Counted from the first letter of the stretch, positions 1-6,496 are shown. The stretch: DNA of 11,296 bases from a virus (IMGVR_UViG_3300018914_000064:1-11296), one strand, 5' to 3'. Numbers and translations: made by a program. Notes: generated by a model not told the origin, from the sequence alone.

Positions 1-405
1 ATGACACATGTACAACGCGGAGATGTTTGGCTTTGTGATCTTGGGGAGACAGTGGGCAGTGAGCAGGCGGGCAAGCGACCTGTTTTGATTCTCCAGAATA
101 ATATTGGGTGTAAATTTAGTCCTACAGTGACCGTTGTATCAATTACGTCTAAGTTGACGAAAGCGAAAATGCCAACTCATGTTGAGCTTCGTGCGTCAGT
201 TTATGGATTAGAAAAAGACAGCGTGGCGCTAGGTGAGCAAGTGCGTACCATTTCAAAGGATAGACTGCTGCACAAAGTTACTACAATAGATGAAATTACA
301 GTAAACAAAATCAAACGTGCGGTATTGCTAAATATTGAGGATGATTCAGGAGTAAATAGAATGCTTAAACAACCAGAGCCACGTCCTGAACTGATGATTG
401 TTTAA
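1..405 (+). CDS. mazF: MazF/PemK-family endoribonuclease toxin (EndoA/NdoA-like), 134 aa
   Basis: RGDVWLCDLGETVGSEQAGKRPVLILQNNIG..FSPT...ITS...KAKMPTHVEL....YGLEKDSVALGEQVRTISKDRL matches B. subtilis NdoA ([37 protein letters not shown]...THVEI...DS..LEQIRTIDKQRL) along its length. Catalytic Arg (R26) and Thr (T49) equivalents are present. The RBS lies outside the window. Confidence 0.95.
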   Translation: MTHVQRGDVWLCDLGETVGSEQAGKRPVLILQNNIGCKFSPTVTVVSITSKLTKAKMPTHVELRASVYGLEKDSVALGEQVRTISKDRLLHKVTTIDEITVNKIKRAVLLNIEDDSGVNRMLKQPEPRPELMIV

Positions 406-449
406 CTCGATTGAGTATAGCGAGTATAAAGATAACTACGGAGGAACAC

Positions 450-509
450 ATGGTAATTATTCTTGGGTTTTTGATTGTAGGAGTCATGTTGCTTACTGAA
501 AAGAAATAA
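450..509 (+). CDS. 19-aa hydrophobic micropeptide MVIILGFLIVGVMLLTEKK (single TM helix, type I toxin-like)
   Basis: GGAGG at 440-444, 5-nt spacer, ATG 450, TAA 507-509. Fills the gap between mazF and the next gene. Not in the ORF track (<60 aa). Confidence 0.65.
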   Translation: MVIILGFLIVGVMLLTEKK

Positions 510-530
510 AAAATACAGGAGTGATTCGGA

Positions 531-629
531 TTGAAAATAAAACAATTTGAACAGAAATTAGAGCGTGAAGGAATAACAGGAGTTGCTAAAGCAATTCTCA
601 TAAAGCAATATCTTACTCTAAAGAATTAG
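531..629 (+). CDS. 32-aa basic micropeptide MKIKQFEQKLEREGITGVAKAILIKQYLTLKN
   Basis: AGGAG at 517-521, TTG 531, TAG 627-629. Abuts the RBS of the next gene. Confidence 0.6.
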   Translation: MKIKQFEQKLEREGITGVAKAILIKQYLTLKN

Positions 630-643
630 GGGAAGGAAATCCC

Positions 644-859
644 ATGACCAAAAACGAACTAATACTTGAGGGTTACATAACTGTTGGGTGCAAGGGAACG
701 TTTGAATGTCTTGCTAAAGTTGATCCGTTCGATAATAACATCCTCCAGTTTTGCACAGTTGATAAAAACGGGAGGCAGTTTGATAGAACAGAATATCTGG
801 ATGTAAATGATATCGTAATAAAGTACAGAGCGGTTAAGATGCTTGGACTGGAGTTTTAA
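644..859 (+). CDS. Hypothetical phage protein, 71 aa (paralog of 1231-1449)
   Basis: SD GGAAGGA upstream. N-terminus TKNELILEGYITVG resembles TKHQLLEKGYIVVG of 1231-1449. Confidence 0.8.
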   Translation: MTKNELILEGYITVGCKGTFECLAKVDPFDNNILQFCTVDKNGRQFDRTEYLDVNDIVIKYRAVKMLGLEF

Positions 860-898
860 TAAATCTTTGATTTTATTAAGAAAGGAAGTTTGGTACAA

Positions 899-1195
899 AT
901 GACTATTTATGAAATTAAAAGGATTGCTGAGATCAGTAAAGAACACATTCAACGACTGCAAGATGCTGGTCTGGATCAACATGTATTAACTGTACAAAGA
1001 GAATATGTTCAACATATCGGGAAGGTTCTTGGGTTTTATGATGAACTAGTGAAAGCATTAAATAAAATTGATACTCATGGGATTGCAGTTGAAGAAGCAA
1101 GTCATGAAGAACTTGTAGGGTTTATCTATGAACTGAAGGGCATTGCCAATGAAGCGTTAATTCGCGTTGGCGAACGTTTGCCAATAAGAAACTGA
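899..1195 (+). CDS. Hypothetical helical protein, about 98 aa
   Basis: ORF track gives 890-1195. AAGGAAG spacing favours ATG 899 over TTG 890. Confidence 0.8.
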   Translation: MTIYEIKRIAEISKEHIQRLQDAGLDQHVLTVQREYVQHIGKVLGFYDELVKALNKIDTHGIAVEEASHEELVGFIYELKGIANEALIRVGERLPIRN

Positions 1196-1230
1196 ATCAA
1201 AGACTTATTTTATAAGGGGAGTGTGTTGCT

Positions 1231-1449
1231 ATGGATCATCCAACAAAACATCAGTTGCTCGAAAAAGGATATATTGTAGTGGGAAGTATTGATGGTTATG
1301 AATGGGTTGCAAGACAAAATGAGGATGGAGAAATTTTGTACCATGTGTTGAAAGATGAAGTTTCGATATACAGATATCCTCAAGCAATTTCTCCTGATCA
1401 AATAAAAGGCGCTCTAATGCTTGCAGATAAATTCTCAATAAAAATGTGA
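1231..1449 (+). CDS. Hypothetical phage protein, 72 aa (paralog of 644-859)
   Basis: SD AAGGGAG upstream; similarity to 644-859. Confidence 0.8.
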   Translation: MDHPTKHQLLEKGYIVVGSIDGYEWVARQNEDGEILYHVLKDEVSIYRYPQAISPDQIKGALMLADKFSIKM

Positions 1450-1467
1450 TTTAGTTGGGTGATAAAC

Positions 1468-1905
1468 GTGAATCATCAGAACCTCGCTGATGCTAGAGAA
1501 GTTATTGTAGCAGGTATGTTAATGATGGAAGGTTTCACGGTGTCTAGGCCGTTATCTGGAGCTTGTAGATATGATTTGGTGGCAGAACTTAATGGCAGGT
1601 TCATTAAAATTCAGGTTAAAAGTCTAAAGTTAGACAGTGCTTATGACCAAGAAAAGTTACCTTATAAAGTCTTTGTTTTGGAAGCATATTCGTATGACCC
1701 TGTTAAAAAAACAAAGAAAAAATACAGTAGAGAAGAAGTAGATCTGATTGTCGGATATAATCATGATCTAAAAGCATTTGCCTGTGTGCCTTTGGAGTCG
1801 TTCGAAGGAAAGTACACTGCTGTAGTTCACGAGACAATTGGTACACGGCACGAATACTTTAATAACTGGTCTGGATTATATGAAGTTTATGAAGAACTGT
1901 TATAA
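1468..1905 (+). CDS. PD-(D/E)XK endonuclease, group I intron-associated/PDDEXK_5-like, about 145 aa
   Basis: Motifs AD.RE..V...L...GF.VSRP....RYDLVAE.NG.FIKIQVKS are typical of this family. GGGTGA SD favours GTG 1468 (track start 1459). Confidence 0.85.
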   Translation: MNHQNLADAREVIVAGMLMMEGFTVSRPLSGACRYDLVAELNGRFIKIQVKSLKLDSAYDQEKLPYKVFVLEAYSYDPVKKTKKKYSREEVDLIVGYNHDLKAFACVPLESFEGKYTAVVHETIGTRHEYFNNWSGLYEVYEELL

Positions 1906-1931
1906 AAAACATCATTCATGAGGAAGGAGCA

Positions 1932-2126
1932 ATGGACATGTTACGTGTTTACGATGGGACAGATCAAGAAATCAAAGTAAACGATAGAGTACGGTGGTAT
2001 TTTGATGAATCGCACGAAGGAATATTGGTGGACTTGAATAATAAAAGTTTTCATGTCAAGTGGGATGATATAACAAATGTAACTGATTATCCCATCGAAG
2101 CTCTGGCTGGATTAAGACCAGCATAA
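1932..2126 (+). CDS. Hypothetical protein, 64 aa, probable SH3/KOW-like beta barrel
   Basis: SD AGGAAGGAG; pattern EIKVNDRVRW...EGILV......HVKWDD. Confidence 0.8.
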   Translation: MDMLRVYDGTDQEIKVNDRVRWYFDESHEGILVDLNNKSFHVKWDDITNVTDYPIEALAGLRPA

Positions 2127-2154
2127 AAACTGAATTAAGTTGGGAGAAATAATA

Positions 2155-2412
2155 ATGTATAAATTGCGCTGCATATTGAGCGAAAATTCAATGCTTGATG
2201 TCAATTATAAAGAAATTATGACTGAATTGGCAGAGGTGTTAAGTACTGATGATTACTACACCGAATACTGTCTAATCAGAGATGATAACTCAAGATGGAT
2301 AGAGAAAAACGATGGAGAAAAATACATTATCGAGATTTCGTTAAATGAAGATGAATACAACAGAGTATCAATTAATGAGCTCTTAATGAAAAAGTTTCAA
2401 CTAATAAGATAG
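2155..2412 (+). CDS. Hypothetical acidic protein, about 85 aa
   Basis: GGGAG at 2142-2146 favours ATG 2155 (track start TTG 2140). Confidence 0.75.
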   Translation: MYKLRCILSENSMLDVNYKEIMTELAEVLSTDDYYTEYCLIRDDNSRWIEKNDGEKYIIEISLNEDEYNRVSINELLMKKFQLIR

Positions 2413-2444
2413 AAATGATCATGGAAGGTCGAACGCAGGAGGTA

Positions 2445-2479
2445 ATTTAAGGGTGGGAGGATTTATCCCACCCTTAAAT
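2445..2479 (+). terminator. Perfect 14-bp hairpin (ATTTAAGGGTGGGA-GGATTTA-TCCCACCCTTAAAT), probable terminator of the first gene block
   Basis: Arms 2445-2458 and 2466-2479 are exact reverse complements. It lies after a stop codon and just before a strong promoter. A canonical U-tract is lacking. Confidence 0.6.
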
Positions 2480-2506
2480 ATTAAATAAAAAAAACAAATA
2501 ATACAG

Positions 2507-2535
2507 TTGATCCGGTTTGATCTACATGGTATAAT
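2507..2535 (+). promoter_or_regulatory. Sigma-A promoter with extended -10 and upstream A-tract (UP element)
   Basis: TTGATC 2507-2512, 17-nt spacer, TG at 2527-2528, TATAAT 2530-2535. A8 tract at 2487-2494. Confidence 0.85.
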
Positions 2536-2591
2536 GGTATTAACAGGAAGGGAATATAGGACGATATCTATTTTATCGGGAGCAACGTGCT

Positions 2592-2936
2592 ATGGAAAAA
2601 GTTGAATTGAAAATTGGGCAAAAGGTATATCTCAAACCAACGAGAGCAAATAAAGCGTGCAAAAAGGACTTTGAAGTGTATGAAGTGAAATGGGTTGGGG
2701 ACGTGTATTTTGAAGTTTGGAGGGATAATGATATTGGCACCAAACTAATGTTTCATAGACAATCGCTCAAACAAATTTCAAGTGCCCCAACTTTATGGAG
2801 ACTATACTTGAATGTTCAAGATATGTTGGATGAAGCTGAAACCAAAGAAATTGTAAACATGCTAAAAAAGAAATTAAGTGGGAAAGTTGATTTATCACTA
2901 GATCAGCTTAGACAGATCAAAAAGATAATCGAATGA
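2592..2936 (+). CDS. Hypothetical phage protein, 114 aa, N-terminal SH3-like barrel
   Basis: GGGAG SD; pattern LKIGQKVYLKP....EVYEVKWVGDVYFEV. First gene after the promoter. Confidence 0.85.
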   Translation: MEKVELKIGQKVYLKPTRANKACKKDFEVYEVKWVGDVYFEVWRDNDIGTKLMFHRQSLKQISSAPTLWRLYLNVQDMLDEAETKEIVNMLKKKLSGKVDLSLDQLRQIKKIIE

Positions 2937-2969
2937 AATCATCGGAAAACACAAGGGGGTGTAGAAAAG

Positions 2970-3164
2970 ATGAATGAGACTAAGCAATTTATGGTGGTAT
3001 CAAATGTTAAAAATGGAGAATCAATTAGCTGGGATGTCATTAGAGTTGGGCACAAAACAAAGGGCGACTATCGACTAGCAGAAATTTTTGATAGAGGATC
3101 TGTACAATTATTTATCACGGCACTAGAAGCAAAAGGATTTACTCGGATTGAAGAAGTCAAATAA
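2970..3164 (+). CDS. Hypothetical protein, 64 aa
   Basis: SD AAGGGGGTG upstream. Confidence 0.8.
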   Translation: MNETKQFMVVSNVKNGESISWDVIRVGHKTKGDYRLAEIFDRGSVQLFITALEAKGFTRIEEVK

Positions 3165-3199
3165 AAGGAGAAATTCATTCGGATAAGGAGGTAAGTACA

Positions 3200-3376
3200 T
3201 TGAAGACATATGTTGATCAAAATGACTTCCTGACAAAAGTTAAGTGTGAATATTGTAAGGTTGGAGTACCATACCAACAAGTAGCAACCCTGTCGGTCAC
3301 AGATTCAAGTGGCGTACAAACAGAATATCATGGTCACGATAAATGTATGGAAACATTGCAGGAGCAATTTGAATGA
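3200..3376 (+). CDS. 58-aa putative Zn-binding microprotein (CEYC...HDKC)
   Basis: AAGGAGGT at 3185-3192, TTG 3200, TGA 3374-3376. Translation MKTYVDQNDFLTKVKCEYCKVGVPYQQVATLSVTDSSGVQTEYHGHDKCMETLQEQFE. Missed by the ORF track. Confidence 0.8.
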   Translation: MKTYVDQNDFLTKVKCEYCKVGVPYQQVATLSVTDSSGVQTEYHGHDKCMETLQEQFE

Positions 3377-3404
3377 AAGAAGATTTTGATTGGGAGGAAT
3401 GAGT

Positions 3405-3590
3405 ATGGTGAGAGAAGAAATTTTGAAAATCATCGAGGATGAGGCAAGGTTGTTTAATTGGTCATTGAATGAAGCTCTTTATAACTTGTCAAGGATCGGC
3501 TTCACCGTTGATAAGGTTGAAGGTAATGCTCTGTTTGATGAGAACAAAGTGCGTCAAAGTGTTCATTGGGCAAATCATGCCTTAATCTAA
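3405..3590 (+). CDS. Hypothetical protein, about 61 aa
   Basis: GGAGG 3393-3397 fits ATG 3405 (track start 3390). Confidence 0.75.
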   Translation: MVREEILKIIEDEARLFNWSLNEALYNLSRIGFTVDKVEGNALFDENKVRQSVHWANHALI

Positions 3591-3625
3591 TAAAAGATGG
3601 TTTTCATCGGGAAGAAGGAGAAAGT

Positions 3626-3985
3626 ATGAGAGTCGTACTTGGTAAAGCGGGAAAATCTAGAGTATTAGAAGATCAGATGAAGCAATTGAAGTCAGAAAGA
3701 ACACTATTAATCGATGCAGTTGGTGTAAAAGCACTTAGTCAACTCGCTGGGTATACCATTGAAACCAAATCATTCGCAGAACTGATTGCAACTTTTGAGC
3801 ATCTTGAAAAAGACAATGATCTCATTGGAAAAATTGAAAACATTGTTCTGGAATTGAATACAGGCATTGAAGACACTTCAGTATTATTGAAGTGGGAGCA
3901 ACGTTTGAATAAGAGATTTTTTGTAACTGTTCAAGATAATGAAATGGATAGAATCATGTTGTTCGATATGACGTTACCAGAATGA
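3626..3985 (+). CDS. Hypothetical protein, about 119 aa, with degenerate P-loop-like N-terminus
   Basis: GAAGGAG SD before ATG 3626 (track start 3566 overlaps the previous gene). RVVLGKAGKSRVL followed by TLLID. Confidence 0.75.
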   Translation: MRVVLGKAGKSRVLEDQMKQLKSERTLLIDAVGVKALSQLAGYTIETKSFAELIATFEHLEKDNDLIGKIENIVLELNTGIEDTSVLLKWEQRLNKRFFVTVQDNEMDRIMLFDMTLPE

Positions 3986-4060
3986 GATGTGTAATATTTC
4001 AAAACAAATTTGAATGATGAAATGTTCTTCATCTGAAAATAAATTGTGGAGGAAAATAAA

Positions 4061-4393
4061 ATGACATGGACTAAAGAACGATTGAATGAAATTGAGGATA
4101 TGTGCAATAACACTGCAATAGACAAATCAGTACTACAAGCAGTCTTGTTGAGTTGTGTTGATGAACTTAGACGTTTGTATGGATATATGCCTGTCGCTAA
4201 AAATTTGGGTAAAAAGATTAGAATTACTGGAAATACAAATGAACATGAATTCGAAATCGGGCAAACTGTTGTCATTGTGGAATTTGAAGATTTTGATCCA
4301 GCAGATGCCGAGTATGGGGTAGAAGCTGCTCCATTGAATGGCGGGGAACATTGGTTTGTGAGACATGGAGATTATGAATTTGTAAATGAATAA
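4061..4393 (+). CDS. Hypothetical phage protein, about 110 aa, C-terminal SH3-like segment
   Basis: GGAGG SD before ATG 4061; pattern KIRITGNTNEHEFEIGQTVVIV. Confidence 0.8.
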   Translation: MTWTKERLNEIEDMCNNTAIDKSVLQAVLLSCVDELRRLYGYMPVAKNLGKKIRITGNTNEHEFEIGQTVVIVEFEDFDPADAEYGVEAAPLNGGEHWFVRHGDYEFVNE

Positions 4394-4419
4394 AATGAAG
4401 ATTTGATGAAAGGATGTAC

Positions 4420-4686
4420 TTGACAATGAATCAAAAACGATTAGTTGAAATATATCAGAAATGGGATAACGGAACAATATCTGATGTTGATTTTGATCAA
4501 TTAATGATTTATGTAAATCAAATGAGAGAGGTTATTAAAGATATTCATAAATCTATTAAAGAAACTAGCACTGAAACAGCCAGCATTGACACTTTAGAGT
4601 TAATTAACAAAATGAACGCCATATTAAAAAAGGTTATTGCGCCGGTAGAAAAATATAATGTGGTAAACTTTGCAATAAAAAGGTAA
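4420..4686 (+). CDS. Hypothetical helical protein, about 88 aa
   Basis: AAAGGA SD precedes TTG 4420 (or ATG 4426); track start 4414. Confidence 0.75.
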   Translation: MTMNQKRLVEIYQKWDNGTISDVDFDQLMIYVNQMREVIKDIHKSIKETSTETASIDTLELINKMNAILKKVIAPVEKYNVVNFAIKR

Positions 4687-4711
4687 TTTGGTTAACTTTA
4701 GTGCCAATGTA

Positions 4712-4723
4712 GAATTATAATTC
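4712..4723. promoter_or_regulatory. 12-bp palindrome GAATTATAATTC containing a TATAAT (4716-4721); possible promoter/operator
   Basis: Exact palindrome in a roughly 100-nt intergenic gap. No recognisable sigma-A -35. Confidence 0.3.
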
Positions 4724-4731
4724 GTCTATTC

Positions 4732-4749
4732 CATCCCTGTCATCCCTGT
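4732..4749. repeat. Tandem duplication CATCCCTGT x2
   Basis: catccctgt at 4732-4740 and 4741-4749. Confidence 0.85.
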
Positions 4750-4789
4750 TAGACTAGAACACAACAAGCATGATGAGGGGGATTAGGAC

Positions 4790-5020
4790 ATGGGAAAAGG
4801 CACAAAGCAAATTAGAATGGGACGAATTTATAAGGTGTTAGATTGGTGCTATTTATTCGAGCAAGTATGTCGTAAGCAGGTGGAGAAAGCCAAGGAGCAA
4901 GGTAATCGGCAGATGGCGGATATAGCAAAATATCAAGCGGAAGGTGTTCGCTGGGCGATCAATATTATAAAGGAAGAACTGGACATTGGAGACAGAGACT
5001 GGGATAGCAACTTTCACTAA
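4790..5020 (+). CDS. Hypothetical protein, 76 aa
   Basis: SD GAGGGGG upstream. Confidence 0.8.
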   Translation: MGKGTKQIRMGRIYKVLDWCYLFEQVCRKQVEKAKEQGNRQMADIAKYQAEGVRWAINIIKEELDIGDRDWDSNFH

Positions 5021-5067
5021 AAAAAACTAACCCGCCTTTCAGTAGGTATTTTGATTGGAGACATAAG

Positions 5068-5301
5068 ATGCGACCAAGAAAAAGACCAGTAAAAATTAGT
5101 GTAGGTGGATCTACCTTTTTAAATCAGGAGTATAAACATACCATTGATGGAAAGCTGATTCCTATTAATGAATCTAGTCCGGTATACTCCAGTGGTGCGA
5201 AAAAGCAGATTAAACAAATGAAGCAGCAAGAACAAGAGTATTTCGAATCAATGTGTGGAGAAGTAATAACGTACAACATTCATGACCCTAAGAAAGATTG
5301 A
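5068..5301 (+). CDS. Hypothetical protein, 77 aa, basic N-terminus
   Basis: GGAG SD upstream. Confidence 0.75.
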   Translation: MRPRKRPVKISVGGSTFLNQEYKHTIDGKLIPINESSPVYSSGAKKQIKQMKQQEQEYFESMCGEVITYNIHDPKKD

Positions 5302-5327
5302 ATGGAAGGGCGTTGAGGAACTAAACG

Positions 5328-5612
5328 ATGAAAAATGTGATTATTACATCCATTTACATAAAGAATTATCCGATACACACTGCTTCAGTGAACGAACCAA
5401 ACAAAAATCAAATTACAGAACTGGTAAGGAACGCTGCTACGAAGATTAAACTGGATGGGACTGTCTCATATCAAGAATATCATGACTTAGGGAATGGCGA
5501 TAAGGGATATAGCTTTCTTGTAGGTGAGACTAAGGTTGGGGTTATAGTAAGAAGATTGCCCATTCTTAAATTCGGTAAAGGTGAGAATGAAAATACTTTG
5601 ACAGAAATTTAA
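5328..5612 (+). CDS. Hypothetical protein, 94 aa
   Basis: GAGGA SD upstream. Confidence 0.75.
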   Translation: MKNVIITSIYIKNYPIHTASVNEPNKNQITELVRNAATKIKLDGTVSYQEYHDLGNGDKGYSFLVGETKVGVIVRRLPILKFGKGENENTLTEI

Positions 5613-5642
5613 ATCAAAATCAATTCAATTGGAGTTGGGTAT

Positions 5643-5795
5643 ATGACTCTTGATGAAATTAAGATGGCAGTCAGGGAATTGTCCCGCGAACAACGTCTTG
5701 AATTATTTGATGACTATTGTCATTCTTGTGGGAAATATGATCGGGAAGAGAAAATCAAATATCTTAAAGGCTGTCAGTGTTGGAATGATGAATAG
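5643..5795 (+). CDS. 50-aa Cys-rich microprotein (CHSC...CQCWNDE), putative Zn binder
   Basis: GGAG SD at 5631-5634, ATG 5643, TAG 5793-5795. Translation MTLDEIKMAVRELSREQRLELFDDYCHSCGKYDREEKIKYLKGCQCWNDE. Missed by the ORF track. Confidence 0.8.
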   Translation: MTLDEIKMAVRELSREQRLELFDDYCHSCGKYDREEKIKYLKGCQCWNDE

Positions 5796-5831
5796 TATGA
5801 AATTGGCATTTAATTGAAAGGGGAAGAGCTA

Positions 5832-6002
5832 ATGGAGTTTGTTATACTGATTGATGATCAGCCATATAGAAGAACATCAGATGTTTTAACATACAAGAAT
5901 AAAGAAAGAGCAATTGAAGACGCAAAATTTCTGAAAGAAAAATTTCCTAATAGCAAAGTGGAAGTAGCATTAATGACATTTTCAGATAGGATTCAAGTTT
6001 AA
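5832..6002 (+). CDS. Hypothetical protein, about 56 aa
   Basis: AAGGGGAAG SD favours ATG 5832 (track start 5814). Confidence 0.75.
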   Translation: MEFVILIDDQPYRRTSDVLTYKNKERAIEDAKFLKEKFPNSKVEVALMTFSDRIQV

Positions 6003-6037
6003 TTAAATGGGGATTTCATATGGAAAGGAGTGAACAG

Positions 6038-6460
6038 ATGAGCACATTAGAAAAAGCCATTATAATTGCAACACAAGCCCATGAGGGACAGGTTGATAAA
6101 GGTGGAAATCCGTATATCCTTCACCCTTTGAGAGTAATGTTGAAGATGACTACCAAAGAATCCATGATAACTGCTGTGTTACACGATGTTCTTGAGGATA
6201 CAGAAGTTACTATTGAAGACCTTCAACAAGCAGGATTCTCCGAAGAGATTATCGCTGCTGTAGTTGCTTTAACAAGGCAAGAGGGTGAAATATATATGGA
6301 TTTCATCAAAAGAGCAAAACTAAATCCAATTGCTAGACATGTAAAATTAGGGGATCTAGAGGACAATACTGACTTGTCACGGATTCCTAATCCAACTGAT
6401 CAGGATTATAGCAGGATCAACCGTTATAAAAAAGCAATTCAGAAATTGTTATCCTCATAA
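6038..6460 (+). CDS. Stand-alone HD-domain (RelA/SpoT hydrolase-like, HD_4) small alarmone hydrolase homolog, about 140 aa
   Basis: A..AH.GQ.DKGG.PYILHPLRV, AVLHDVLEDT, V.ALT, VKLGDLEDN motifs. AAAGGAG SD before ATG 6038. No synthetase domain. Confidence 0.9.
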   Translation: MSTLEKAIIIATQAHEGQVDKGGNPYILHPLRVMLKMTTKESMITAVLHDVLEDTEVTIEDLQQAGFSEEIIAAVVALTRQEGEIYMDFIKRAKLNPIARHVKLGDLEDNTDLSRIPNPTDQDYSRINRYKKAIQKLLSS

Positions 6461-6496
6461 AATGTTAATTTGATTAGAAAAAAGGGAGGAAAGTAG

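Noticed and set aside
413-428. GAGTATA x2; each reads TATACT on the minus strand, suggesting an antisense promoter into mazF
   Set aside because: No -35 at the right spacing for either copy; short and plausibly chance.
2544-2591. AGGAAGGG followed by an in-frame ATA codon at 2556 upstream of the 2592 gene
   Set aside because: ATG 2592 has its own adequate SD, and the spacing to ATA is too short.
4724-4757. Resemblance to sporulation sigma-E promoters (GTCTATT...GTTAGACT)
   Set aside because: The spacer is 17 nt rather than about 14, and the -10 match is poor.
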